Source: Chrysochromulina tobinii (taxonomy: Eukaryota). From it: 47,689 nt of DNA. Below are positions 1 to 11,000 of the stretch, in pieces. The stretch is taken from positions 1-47,689 of the forward strand of contig JWZX01002429.1 in the NCBI GenBank assembly GCA_001275005.1, given 5' to 3'. The translations under genes and the position numbers were made by a program. The notes below the pieces were generated by a model that saw nothing but the letters and a program-made list of their open reading frames with translations, ran no database searches and was not told the DNA's origin. Each line of letters opens with the position of its first letter. Within the stretch, counting starts at the first letter, position 1.

Positions 1-12
1 AACACGGACTTA

Positions 13-45
13 GCTCAACACGGACTTGCTAAGTCCGTGTTGAGC
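13..45. repeat. Perfect inverted repeat (15-bp stem, 3-nt loop) within a small cluster of the same motif
   Basis: GCTCAACACGGACTT-GCT-AAGTCCGTGTTGAGC. Further partial copies at 1-13 and about 65-77. Confidence 0.85.
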
Positions 46-437
46 ATGTGGTGTAACTATTAGATCCGTGTTGAGCAATAACCTCGTTATCAACCTTCGT
101 TGAGTCCGGGTCCGTCACGCGTCCATCACGTCCTCCACACACGCACCACCCCACCTCTCACCTCTCCCCATCCTCCATGCATGGAACTCCCGTCAGAGAC
201 TCAGCATGAGAACCCTCACACATAGTCACACACCCGCGGGGAGCAAAAAAGACGACCCCCCATCATAGCCATCTCGGAGCAATCCAATCGCCCGATGAAG
301 ACGCGCCGCTTTGGGCACCAATAACTGGACGACAATCTCGCTCACGAGCTCGAGCCTCATCTCGTTGATCGAGCTCCAATCTCGCCCACGAGCTCGAGCG
401 TTATCTCGCTGCTCGAGCTCCAATCTCGCCCACGAGC

Positions 438-1757
438 TCAGCACTGGACGACAATCTCGCCGGAGAGCGACGGATCTTGCTGCGCGAGCTCCTCGTCGAT
501 CCCGCGGTAGTACGTGACCGAGGCACATGCGTCCGCCTGAGAGCCACAGAGGCGGCAAGATTCGGGGGCGAGATTAAGGGCGAGATTAGGGCGAGCTCGG
601 GGGGCGAGATAGGTCGTCGCAGGCAGGCGAGGGCACAGGAGAGAGAGTGGGAGAGGGAGAGGGAGTGGAAGCGAGAGAGGGAGGGAGGGGGAGAGAGAGA
701 GGGAGGGAGAGGGAGAGAGAGAGGGAGGGGGAGAGAAGGTATTTGGCGGAGGGGCCCGCCTCCCTACCTTGACCTGATGAGGGAGGCCATCAGCATGCAA
801 TCAGAGGCGTCAATTGGAGGGGCCCGCCTCCCTACCTTGACCACGTCTTGACCGAGCAGCTGCGTTCGCACCACGTCGTACCGCCCCATCTTATACGTGT
901 CCTTACCTGATGAGGGAGGCAATCAGACGTCATCAGAGCTCATCTTATACGTGTCCTTACCTGATCAGAAAAGCACTCGGCCGTCATCAGAGGCACCGCC
1001 CCATCCACTTTGCTGATGAAGGATGCAATCAAGAGGCACTCCGAGGTCGTCAGAAGCAATCAGGCCCCCCATCTCATGAAAGTCATCAGAGGCCATCAGG
1101 CCTCCCAATCTCATGAGCTTCCTCACCTGTGTGCACAGCAGAGTACATGTTCCAATGCTTCGGGGTGACCCCTTTCTTATCGGCGTACGCTTGCATGTTC
1201 TTGAGGTGCTCCATGAACGCGATCCGGGCAGCCGATCGCTCCTCGCTCTTGCGACCAGTCCAGCCGGCCGCGGCGGCCGCCTCCGCCGCCTCCTGCACCG
1301 CCGACTTGGTGCTGCTGCGCACGATGTCGGGACGGCCCTCCAAGGACCCGTGGCGTTTGGAATTGGGGCTCGTGAAGCGCAGGTCGGTGCTGGAGACCTC
1401 CGAGCTGGAGGCGAAGATGCCCGCCTCCGAGCTCGCTACCGAGGTCAGATCCGATCCTGAGCAATCGCTCTCGGTGGGGGACAGTGGCCGCTGCGGGGCG
1501 CTCGGGTCGGCAAACCGCTGCTGCTTCACGGTGACATACTGCGGCGCTCCAAAGACGGCGGCGCACTCGCAAGAGGCGGGCACCCCGGAAAAGCCGCTCG
1601 AAGACGGTTGTGGCTGCCAAGGCTTGGGCTTTTCCACGATGCCGGCCGACGGGTTGAACAGGTTGATGTTCTGCAACGTCGGTCCCATCGCGGAAATCGC
1701 ACCGCTGTCGTAGGGGTTGGCATCGCCGCGGTCCGCGACTGATTGCTCGGCTCCCAT
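438..1757 (-). CDS. Hypothetical protein, probably 3 exons (1757-1127, 906-836, 536-438)
   Basis: ORF 1086..1757 reaches a CAG|GTGAG donor. The acceptor CCTCCCTCATCAG at 907 and a CAG at 537 give an in-frame splice (..HTGKDTYKMGRYDVVRTQLLGQDVVK|ADACASVTYYRG..). No family recognised; the 3' end is uncertain. Confidence 0.5.
638..737. repeat. GA-rich microsatellite (polypyrimidine on the minus strand) inside a predicted intron
   Basis: Run of GAGAGG/GAGGGA units. Confidence 0.85.
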
Positions 1758-1905
1758 CCTACAAGAGCTCCCGGCGTCGTGCGACGGGTGCCGAGAGAGG
1801 ATGCGGTTTTGGGGAGAGGAGCGAGTTTAGGTGCTCGGCAAAACTTGAGTTGGGTGTGGGGAAAAAGCCTCCTCTCCGTCGACGGATACCTACTCGGGGG
1901 GAAAT

Positions 1906-3384
1906 TCAACCTCTGGCCCGCTGCCGGATGGTCTCCTGCAGCCGCGCCTGCCGCTCCGCCTCTCGCCGCGCAGTCTCTTCCTTCGCCTTCTCCTGCTTGC
2001 GCTTATTCTTGCGCTGCTTGTCCGTCAGAGCCTGCGCCTCCCTCGCCTCTCGAAGGGATTGGGCTTGGGCTGCGGCGGCCTTGGCCGCGTAGGATTCCGC
2101 AATGGCGCCCGGCCCCATGCGCTTCGGTGCGGTGCTCACCTCGGTCCAGCCGCCCGCGTTGTGCCGAGCGCCGAGCATCCCGTGCGTTCCTAATCCTTTG
2201 GGAAAGCCGGGCGTTCCGTGTTCGGCGACCGCCTGCTGGTAAGTCTGCCACCGCTCGCGCTGCTCACTCGCTGCAGCCTCCACCTCCACCTCTGACTCGT
2301 CGTCCTCGTCGTCCTCGTCCTCGTCGGCAACGGCGGCGGCGGCTTCGGAACCGCCGCCCGGGACGACGCCCGACGGAGCGCTCCCCTCCACCGCCCCCAC
2401 CGCCCCCACCGCCTTGGTACGCTCATCACGGCGCTTTGAGCGGGAGAGGCTCAGCACCAGTTTGGAGAGCCTCGCCGCCTCCCGTGGCGCCGCCCGTAAC
2501 CGCCCAGCCGTTAGCGAGCAAATGCGGGCCGAGGCGGCCTCGCCATCAACGAGGCTCTCGTCCACGGAGGCCACGAAGGCGGCCGCGACGCACGCCGCGT
2601 ACGCACCGCTCTCGCAGTGCAGGTACACGCGCACCGGTCGCGTCGTACTGGGCGTCGGCGTCGTCTCGGCGTCGACGTCGGCGGCTGTGGCGTCGGCGCC
2701 GGCGCCGGCGCTGCGTGTGCCACCCGCCGGGGAGCGTAGCAGGCGCTTGAGGGCACCGACGGTCTCGAGAACGTCCGTGGACGCGGCAGGCTGGCGCATC
2801 TGCTCGATGCCCAGATCGGAGTAGGCGTCCGTCCACCCGCCCCACCATCTGCATGCATTCAGCACGACCACGCGCGGGCCGGCGCCGTTGGCGTGCGCGC
2901 TCGCGAGCTGGCGCACGTGCCGCGGCGATGGCAGCGCGCCGACGTGCAGAGAGGAGCCGTCGGTGCCGTGCCACACCTCGACCGACCACGGTGCGCCGCG
3001 CAGCTCGGCCCATCGATACACTGCCTCCGGCACGAACGTGAAGGCAGCGACGTAGCCCGAGAGCCCTGCCTCAGGGCGGTCGAGCGGGTGAGCACTTTCC
3101 TCGTCCATGTTCAGCGCCTTCCAGCGCAGCGCGGCCGCGATCAGGTGGGCGAAGACGATGCATAGAGCCGTGCGGCTCGCCGCCCCGAGCAGCAGGACGG
3201 GCAGGCTGGCGAGCGCGATGGGAGCGCTGAGCGCGCCAGCGACGGCCAGCAGTGGGTGGAGGCGCGAGGCGCGATCGTTCACGGCCGCGCAGCAAACGAG
3301 CGCCAGCACATCGGCAATGTGCTGCGCGGAAAAGACGCTCGTCGTCGGCCTTGGCGCCGTGAGCTTGTTCGTCGGCTTCGGCAT
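1906..3384 (-). CDS. Membrane-anchored dual-specificity-phosphatase-like (PTPMT1-like) protein, probably catalytically degenerate
   Basis: N-terminal hydrophobic helices, then LHVGALP..VVVLNAC..YSDLGIEQMR..VYLHCESG, resembling the DSP fold, then an acidic and coiled-coil tail. ATG 3384 chosen because the longer ORF overlaps the opposite-strand gene. Confidence 0.55.
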   Translation of the reverse strand: MPKPTNKLTAPRPTTSVFSAQHIADVLALVCCAAVNDRASRLHPLLAVAGALSAPIALASLPVLLLGAASRTALCIVFAHLIAAALRWKALNMDEESAHPLDRPEAGLSGYVAAFTFVPEAVYRWAELRGAPWSVEVWHGTDGSSLHVGALPSPRHVRQLASAHANGAGPRVVVLNACRWWGGWTDAYSDLGIEQMRQPAASTDVLETVGALKRLLRSPAGGTRSAGAGADATAADVDAETTPTPSTTRPVRVYLHCESGAYAACVAAAFVASVDESLVDGEAASARICSLTAGRLRAAPREAARLSKLVLSLSRSKRRDERTKAVGAVGAVEGSAPSGVVPGGGSEAAAAVADEDEDDEDDESEVEVEAAASEQRERWQTYQQAVAEHGTPGFPKGLGTHGMLGARHNAGGWTEVSTAPKRMGPGAIAESYAAKAAAAQAQSLREAREAQALTDKQRKNKRKQEKAKEETARREAERQARLQETIRQRARG

Positions 3385-3565
3385 TCCGGTCTCGAGAACG
3401 TGACGTGGCGCCCTTTGATTTTGAAACCGGCGAGAATTTTGTCGAATCCTACTCGCAACCATTGTGGAAAAGGCGTCGGAGGTCGTGAAGGCCTGAAGTG
3501 GTTGCCTCATTGTTACACACATAACTTGCGCGAGAGCTCGGCACGAGCCGCCGTCGACTAGGCCA

Positions 3566-6181
3566 ATGCCCTGGTCCTGTGCAGCGTGCACGTATGAAAA
3601 CGTCGACGGTGCACGCAATTGCGAGATATGCCGGACGCCACGGCCGGGCGGCGGTCCGCCGCCGCCGATGGCCGCCGATCCGTTTCCATCGACCGATGCT
3701 TCCGGCAGCCGACTTCTCGACATGGCGCTCGAAGACGGCGCCCCGCGCTCACCGCTCTCGGGCCTCTTTCCGGCCAATCTTCCACTGCCGTCTCTCGAGG
3801 TAGCTCTTACGCCCCATTCTGCCACGCTCCCGCATCTTCATCCGTCAACCGGTCCCTCGGTGAAGATCGCACGCAAACAGGCCAAACGTGCTCAGGCGAA
3901 GCACCCAGACATTACACTCGACGAGTGCACCGCGATCGTTCTCTATACTATGGAAGAGATTCCGCGCGAGACGTCCCTCTACTATGTCCTCAATCTCGCC
4001 CTGCGCAATAAAGTGAGGGCTGCTGTCCGCCCATGGCGCGATTACATCTGGCTCTTGCTTCACGCGCTTCGCAAACTGCCGCCTTCGACCGAGGTCATTG
4101 TCTTCCGCGGCTGCAAAAAGAGCCCGGACGAATTAGGGCTTGAGCTGACCAAGGACTTCGAGTTCACCTGGTCGTCTTTCACCTCGACTGCCACGACGCA
4201 GGGAGTGATGCAGACTTTCTTGGGCCAGTCGGGTCCGCGCACGCTCATGACCATCAAGATGGCTGAGAACTCTGGGCGCGACGTTCGGGACTTTTCTCTG
4301 TATCCAGGAGAGAACGAAATACTTTTCCCCCCAAACTTGTGCTTTGAGGTCGTCGATAGCTTCGACGCCGGAAACCAGCTCATCATGGTGCAGTGCCGGC
4401 AGACAGAAACGGTCGATGTCATCCTCGACTTGAACTCGGCAGGAAACGCCGTCGGTGCATCGGCCGCCAAACCCGGGTCGTCTACGCAGCCGAGCGAGGC
4501 TGGTCAGCTCGAGAAGGCTGTGGTTAAAAGGGCGGTGGACGAAAAGGCGGCGGACGAGCTGAAGCACTGGAAGATGGAACTGGACAAGATGGCCAACGCC
4601 CGCGCGCTTCTCTGCACGGAGCAGGCTCGCGTGCGCCTCATGGCCGCGGCGGCGGCTGATGAGGACGAGTCACTGCGCGACGCCGTGCAAGAGTGGAGGA
4701 ACGCCGTGCAAGCGAGGAACGCCGCGCGTGTCGCCTTGGTCCGCGCGCTCGATGATGCGCTCCGCGTACACGACGAGCGCCACGCCGAGGAGCAGCGGCG
4801 GAGCCTGTCCATGGAGGCGGCCGCGTTGCAGCAGCAGCAGGGGGCGCGCAAGCTCACGCTCGCCGAGCAGCTGCGGCTCGAGTGTCTGCACAGTCAGGTG
4901 CTGCCCGTGCTCGACGAGTGGGTGAAGCAGATCGGCAGAGTGCGCGAGGAGCGCGAGGACTTGGACCGCCACGCTGAACGGCCAAGCACCGATAAGCTGC
5001 ACGCGCTGCATGAGGCATGGCTCACCGCCCATGAAGCATTCGATCTCTTTCAAGCCAGAGAGAAAGATGAAAGGCGCCGTGGGAGTGCATCAGACGCAGC
5101 CATCCAGGTCACCCGCCAAGCGCGACGTGACGTGCAGAGCGCCGAGCGCGCGCTGCACCGGGAGCGCACGATGCTGGCCCAGGTCGCCGCCGCGCACTTC
5201 CCGGAGCTCTTTGCGATGGAGCCGCTGCTGCAAGTGGGCAAGGCCGAGGGCCTGGACGATGATGAAATTCGTGCGGTGCTCGTACTGCGCGAGCTCTCGC
5301 ACTACGAAGATCGGGTAAGTATCAGCGCCAAGGAGGGACGGCACGAGGTTTGGAAGGCGAGCTACGACGGCAAGGCGTGCGTGCTGAGGGAGTACAAGCT
5401 GGACAACCCGTCCGAGTGGAAGCTGCTCGCCAAGGAGGTGAGGCTCCTCAGTCAGCTCTCCCACTGCCCGTTCATTGCCCCCGTCGAGGCCGTCTTTGTG
5501 CAGCACTCCCCCGAGCGGTTATATTTGGCGTACATTCAGCTGCCCTACTTTTCGGGTGGCAACATGCGATCGTGGCTGAGTCGCGAGCCGGCGCCCGAGC
5601 TCTTGCAGCGCAAGGTGCTGCTCGGCCAGCTTTGCGAGGCGCTCCGCCACGTGCACAACCACGGCCTCGCGCACGGCGACGTCAAGCTTGAGAATGTCCT
5701 CGTGTCTCTCGAGGGCGAGCGCGCGACGGCGCACCTTGCCAACTTCGAGTCCGCGCGTCGCCAGCAAAACAGCCTGAGCATGAGCACGGATGGAAGATGC
5801 TTCCACCCTAGTTATTTTTTACCACCATTCACCGAGCTCTACGCGGCGCCGGAGATCCTCAAGGCCAGCAAAGAGGGCCGCGAGCGAGATGCGAAGCCCT
5901 CCGCGATGGGCGACATGTTCTCCTACGGTGTCTGCTGCCTCTTTGCGTGCTGCTTTCCGCCGAATGTCGAGGCGCAGCAGCAAGACATCCGCCGCTTCCG
6001 CGAGGACGGTCGCACGCTCAGCCCGTGGTCGCGCGACAAGGCGAAGCACGCCGACGCGCACTTACCGGACTTACTTGAGAGCCTTCTTGCTGGTGCGGCG
6101 ACCAACGAAGAGGCCCTCGCGCGGCGCCTGAGTGCGAAGCAGACTCTGTTGCATCCATTCCTCGACACGGCTCACGCGTAG
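3566..6181 (+). CDS. RanBP2-type zinc finger + NAD:arginine ADP-ribosyltransferase (ART) domain + coiled coil + protein-kinase-like domain
   Basis: WSCAACTYEN..CEIC (RanBP2 ZnF). AIVLYT..VFRG..WSSFTSTAT..YPGENEILF (R-S-E ART). HGDVKLENVL..LANFE..YAAPE..DMFSYG..LLHPFL (kinase). Confidence 0.85.
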   Translation: MPWSCAACTYENVDGARNCEICRTPRPGGGPPPPMAADPFPSTDASGSRLLDMALEDGAPRSPLSGLFPANLPLPSLEVALTPHSATLPHLHPSTGPSVKIARKQAKRAQAKHPDITLDECTAIVLYTMEEIPRETSLYYVLNLALRNKVRAAVRPWRDYIWLLLHALRKLPPSTEVIVFRGCKKSPDELGLELTKDFEFTWSSFTSTATTQGVMQTFLGQSGPRTLMTIKMAENSGRDVRDFSLYPGENEILFPPNLCFEVVDSFDAGNQLIMVQCRQTETVDVILDLNSAGNAVGASAAKPGSSTQPSEAGQLEKAVVKRAVDEKAADELKHWKMELDKMANARALLCTEQARVRLMAAAAADEDESLRDAVQEWRNAVQARNAARVALVRALDDALRVHDERHAEEQRRSLSMEAAALQQQQGARKLTLAEQLRLECLHSQVLPVLDEWVKQIGRVREEREDLDRHAERPSTDKLHALHEAWLTAHEAFDLFQAREKDERRRGSASDAAIQVTRQARRDVQSAERALHRERTMLAQVAAAHFPELFAMEPLLQVGKAEGLDDDEIRAVLVLRELSHYEDRVSISAKEGRHEVWKASYDGKACVLREYKLDNPSEWKLLAKEVRLLSQLSHCPFIAPVEAVFVQHSPERLYLAYIQLPYFSGGNMRSWLSREPAPELLQRKVLLGQLCEALRHVHNHGLAHGDVKLENVLVSLEGERATAHLANFESARRQQNSLSMSTDGRCFHPSYFLPPFTELYAAPEILKASKEGRERDAKPSAMGDMFSYGVCCLFACCFPPNVEAQQQDIRRFREDGRTLSPWSRDKAKHADAHLPDLLESLLAGAATNEEALARRLSAKQTLLHPFLDTAHA

Positions 6182-7586
6182 CAGGCGGCGGCCAAGGCGA
6201 GCAGCAGCAGATGGCTGCCATCGAGCTTGAGGTAGCGCGTGTGCATCGCGAGGCTGCCTGGCGTGAGGCCGAGCAGCGCCGCAGGCAGGCGGAGCAGGAG
6301 GAGGCGGAGGAGGCGCTCGAGGTGGCTTTGAAGCAGAGCGAGCGCGAAGTGGCGACGAAGCGCAACGAGATACAAGAGCGGACAAAAGTGTGCAAGCTGG
6401 AGGCAGCGGCGAAGGCAAAGGCGCAAGCGGCGGCGCAGCTGACGAGCGATGCTAACGCTGCGCGCGCGTATGCGGATCGCGAGGCCACGCAAGCACAGGC
6501 GCAGGCTAGGCGCAAGGAGCTCGAAGCCTTGGAGAAGCGAGTGGCGGTCGAGTGTGCGCGGAGAAGGGCCGAGGCGGAGCGAGCAGAGGCCATGGCCACC
6601 AAGGTGCGTGATGAGCTTCGCGACGAGCGCAAAAAGGCCCATGCCATGCCCGACTACTGGGAAGAGCGCATTGCGAACAGATCGCCCTCGACCGCACTGG
6701 ACGTGACCGCGGCACATGTACTGCGCTGGAGCGGCTGCTGCAGACCGACCAAGTGAAGCTGAGAGTCGACGGTGCCGATCGGCGTGGCACGACGCATGAC
6801 CTGCTGAATCTCGCGTGCGCGTGGCGCATCGAGAAGCCGGCGCTGTGGGAAAAGTACATGGCTGGCTTTCAGGCGGTGATGCAAGACATCAAGCTTATCC
6901 AGCAGGAGCGCGTGAAGAGACCCTCGGGCGGCGCGCCGCCCCTTACGTGCGGCGTAGCCCTACCCCGAGACCTGCGCGTGGACGTCAATGAGGCCTTCCT
7001 GATGCACGGCACGAGCGCCGGCGTGCTCATCAACATCCTCTCCACGGGCATGAACGAGCGCTTCGCCGGCACGGCCGCCGGGGCCGTATACGGCAAGGGC
7101 TCAGCGCTCGAAATGAAACCGTCGCTCACCTGCTTGCATGCAAGTGCTCACTACGGCGCCCTCCCCTCCCCACTGTGGGCTCCTACCTGGCCGAGGACGC
7201 GGGCAAGACTGACCAGTATACCAAGGCAGATCCGCAGTACGATGGGAGCTCGGAACTGCACAAGCGGCTGTACGCGCACGGCGCGCGCCACCAACCGGGC
7301 AAGGTCTTCTACATCTTCGTGTGCCGCGTGGCGCTCGGCCATCACGTGCGCACAAAGCAGGCTGGTCGGGATGCCGTGAGTACCGATACGGGTCGACGCG
7401 TGTTCCCCATCTCGTTCCGCGAGCTCGACACGGTGGCTGGCGTTTCTCCGCCCGTGCACCACCACTCGCTGCTTGCACCCGACCCGACCCCATCACGTGC
7501 GCTACCGCGAGTACCTCGTCTTCCACTACCCCGAGTACCTGCTGGCTTACCAGCGGTACGAGGGCAACCGCGGACCGTTGGAGTGA
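6182..7586 (+). pseudogene. Frameshifted continuation of the preceding gene: coiled coil + PARP (ARTD) catalytic domain
   Basis: Segments in different frames join to AWRIEKPALWEKY..NEAFLMHGT..GMNERFAG..VYGKG|SYLAEDAGKTDQY..YIFVCRVALG..RYREYLVFH-YPEYLLAYQRY (TGA 7584-7586). Frame breaks near 6180-6200, 6710 and 7490, plus an 80-nt insert at about 7100-7180. Confidence 0.75.
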
Positions 7587-8038
7587 GTTTGCCCCTCAAT
7601 GTCGCATGTCCACTATCAGGGTTAGGGTTGGGTTGAATGAGCCTATATTAGGGTGTGCCGCGTGGCGCTCGGGGTCGGGTCATCGTCAAGAGAAGTGCGC
7701 ACGCACCCGCAACGGTGGGTAAAGACGTGCGTGTATCGTCGGCTGTCGCCTGTGCGGCTTTTCACCTTTTGGTTTTGCGTGAAAATAATTCAAAGTGTGA
7801 AATTCAAGTGTGAAAATTTCACGATTACTAACGATGACGCTGTGCGCGCATTATGGCACAAATACCCATCGCACACGCTCGTCTGACCGGTCTGAAGACT
7901 GAACAGAGTCCACTATCCCCCCTCATAGCCTGCCATTCAAGTATACTTTTAAATGGCCCCTTGCTGCGTACTTCTCTGCCAGCACACTCACCCCTCCAGT
8001 GGCAGCTGCCCGAGTAGCGCCGTCATGATGGCCACCCC

Positions 8039-11000
8039 TCAAGAGGTCTCCAGGCTGTCGGCCCCAGCCCCAACCCCACCTTCGAGCCCGCCCAGACCGT
8101 CCCTCAGAGCGCCGTCGTGAGCGAAGCCACCATAGCCAGCGCCGTCGTGGGCGCCAAAGTTGCCCCCCAGGCCGCCGAAGTCAGCGCCGTCGTGAGCACC
8201 ATAACCAGCGCCGTCTTGGGCGCCAAAGTTGCCCCCCAGGCCGCTGAAGTCAGCGCCGTCGTGGGCGCCATAACCAGCGCCGTCATGGGCGCCAAAGTTG
8301 CCCCCCAGGCCGCCGAACTCAGCGCCGTCGTGGGCGTCATAGCCAGCGCCGTCGTGGGCGCCAAAGTTGCCCCCCAGGCCGCTGAAGTCAGCGCCGTCAT
8401 GAGCACCATAACCAGCGCCGTCATGGGCGCCAAAGTTGCCCCCCAGGCCGCCGAACTCGGCGCCGTCGTGGGCGCCATAACCAGCGCCGTCGTGGGCCCC
8501 AAAGTTGCCCCCCAGGCCTTTGGCTGCATAGCCATCCTGGTAGCCATCCATGAAACTGCCATCCAGGCCGTCGCCGAAGCCAACGCCACAGCCAGCGCCA
8601 AAGCCATCGCCATCGCGGGCGTCAACGCCAAAGCAAGCGCCATCGTGGGCGCCAACGCCAGTACCGTCGTGGGCACCAAAGCTAGCACCAACGCCGGCGC
8701 CGTCGTGGGCACCAAAGCTAGCGCCAAAGCCGGCGCCGTCGTGGGCGCCTCCCCCCAACTCCTCTCCTGCCAGCAGCCCGCCACCGAAAGCGCTGTTGTC
8801 GTTGGCGCCGTCGTGGGCATCAAAGCTAGCGCCAAAGCCGGCGCCGTCGTGGGCGCTAAAGCCAGCGCCGTCGTGGGCGCCCACGCCAGCGTCAAAGCTG
8901 GCGCCGTCGTGGGCGCCAACGCTAGCGCCAAGAGCGTCACCGAGCCCGGCGCTCAGCCGGCCCTCGACGAGGTCCTCGAGGCGATCGAGGTGGTCGAAGG
9001 CGGACGAGAAAGGATCGGCGAGCGCGGCGGTGGCGAGGGAGGCAAGCCCAGGCTCGTGGGCGCTCGAGACGGCGCTATGATCCCAACGGCCAAAGGCACT
9101 CGAGTGAGGATCGAGAGCCATATTAGGCAGCGAGGGCAGCGAGGGCCATGGATCGTCCGCGAGATTGGGTCCGAGATTGGGTCCGAGATTGGGTCCGAGA
9201 TTGGGTCCGAGATTGGGTCCGAGATTGGGTCCGAGATTGGGTCCGAGATTGGGTCCGAGGTGGCGGCTGGGCCTGGGCCCAAGAGGGGCGGCGAGGGGGT
9301 CGTCGGGGAGGTCGATTGTGCCGCGGACGACTTCGCCACTCACGGGCAAGCTCAGGTCGATGGCGGCCGAGTGCTCGCCTTTCAGACCGAGCCGCTCGGC
9401 GAGATCGTCATCTCGCAAGCCGAGATCGCCCAGCTGGGTCGCGAGCGCGCTCAGCCGGTGGCCGAGGGTACCTGACGGGTAGCTGCCCAGACGCGCGGCG
9501 AGCGAGCCGGGCGCCGTGCCGGGCGCCGGGCCGGGCGCCGTGCTGGGCACCGGCTGCGAGGCGGCGCGCGCTGTGAAGGAGGAAGGGGGGGCCACCGGTG
9601 GCGTCCTCGCGGCCCGAGGCGACGGCTTGGTCGATTGGGGCGCTGTCGTGGGCGCGGCTCGTGGCGACGGCTTGGTCGATGCGGGCGATGGCGGCTTGGT
9701 CGAAGCGGCCGGCTTGGTCGAAGCGGGCGCCGTCGTGGGCACGGTCCGAGGCGACGGCTTCGTCAAAGCAGCCGGCGACGGCTTCGTCGAAGCCATTGGC
9801 GACGGCCTCGATGCGGGCGCTGTCGTGGGCGCGGTGGACCTCCCAGCGGGCGCCGTAGTGGGCAGAACGCTTGGCTGAGGGATGACGTGCGGCGTCGAGC
9901 GTGGCGCGGCGCTGTCGTGGGCGTCCGCGCTGTCGTGGGCGCCAGAGGTCTGGACGGGCGCTGTCGTGGGCGCTCGCGGCTTGCGGGGCTTGGCGCAGCC
10001 GCCGCCACTCAAAGCCGCCGCCGCCGCCGCCGCCGCGACCTCACTCGCCACCCGCTGTGAAGGCTCACGCGCCACCCGCTGTGAAGGCTCCACCCGCCGT
10101 GAAGGCTCACGCGCCACCCGCTGTGAAGGCTCCGACGGGGCCAATGCCATTGCCGTGTTGGGCAGCATGGTCCCGGCGTCATGTTGGGCACGCGGTGCGC
10201 AGTCTGCGCGTCGGGGCGGTAGCGCCGTGTTGGGCGGCTCATTCAGCGCCGTGTTGGGCGTCGGTTTCGCAGTCTTGGCGGCAGCTTTGGCGGCCGCCTC
10301 AGCCGCCCAACACGACGCCTCAGCCGCTGCGAACGCCGCCTCCGATGCGGCCGACTTTGCGGACCAGGCCGAGCGCTGTGACGAGCGCTGCCCGGCAGGC
10401 GCCGTGACGGGCGCAGGCGGCGGCGGCAGCGGCGGCGGCGGTGGCGGGTCGAGGTCGGCGTCGGCGTCGGCGTCCTCCGGCGAGGCCGGCAGATCAAACG
10501 AGAGCGCGCTTCCCGCCACCGCACCGGGCGGGACGGTGATCGTCACCTGCTGCCCTGCGGGCGTCGTCGCGAGCAGCACCTGCCCAGGCGTCGCCCCCGG
10601 CGGCACGATCACCTGAAACGCCTGCGAAACAGGCGAGCCACACGCGGCGTCGTCCTGGGCGGCGGACGAGAGCGGCGGCGGCGCCGCCCAGGACGGCGCG
10701 TTCGGGGGGGAGGTGCTGCTGGGCGCCGAGTTGGGCGCCGAGGGTCGCGAGCCCGAGGAGCCGGGCGCCGAGCCGGGCGCCGAGGGCGGCGGCGTGCTGC
10801 TGGGCGGCGCGGGCGGCGCGGGCGGCGCGGAGAGGCATGAGCACGACGAGTAGGGCGCCGAGTTCGGGGCTGAGGGCGGCGGGCTGGGATAGCCTGGGCC
10901 CGATGGGTGTGAATGGACCGACGGGTGTGAATGGCCGGTAGGCGGGCCCGTGAGCGGTGGGCACTGCGCGATGTGCCGCTCGTACGAGAGCATGTTCATG

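Noticed and set aside
6179..6181. Stop-codon readthrough or alternative genetic code at the TAG
   Set aside because: The downstream coding segment is in a different frame, so readthrough alone cannot join them. Other genes here end normally in TAG.
7617..7635. Telomere-like CAGGGTTAGGGTTGGGTTG
   Set aside because: Only 2-3 imperfect units; too short to call an interstitial telomere.
8117..9475. 452-aa plus-strand ORF and many other long antisense/overlapping ORFs (e.g. 1743-2750, 26208-27620)
   Set aside because: Shadow frames of GC-rich or repetitive coding sequence; no motifs, and mostly non-ATG starts.
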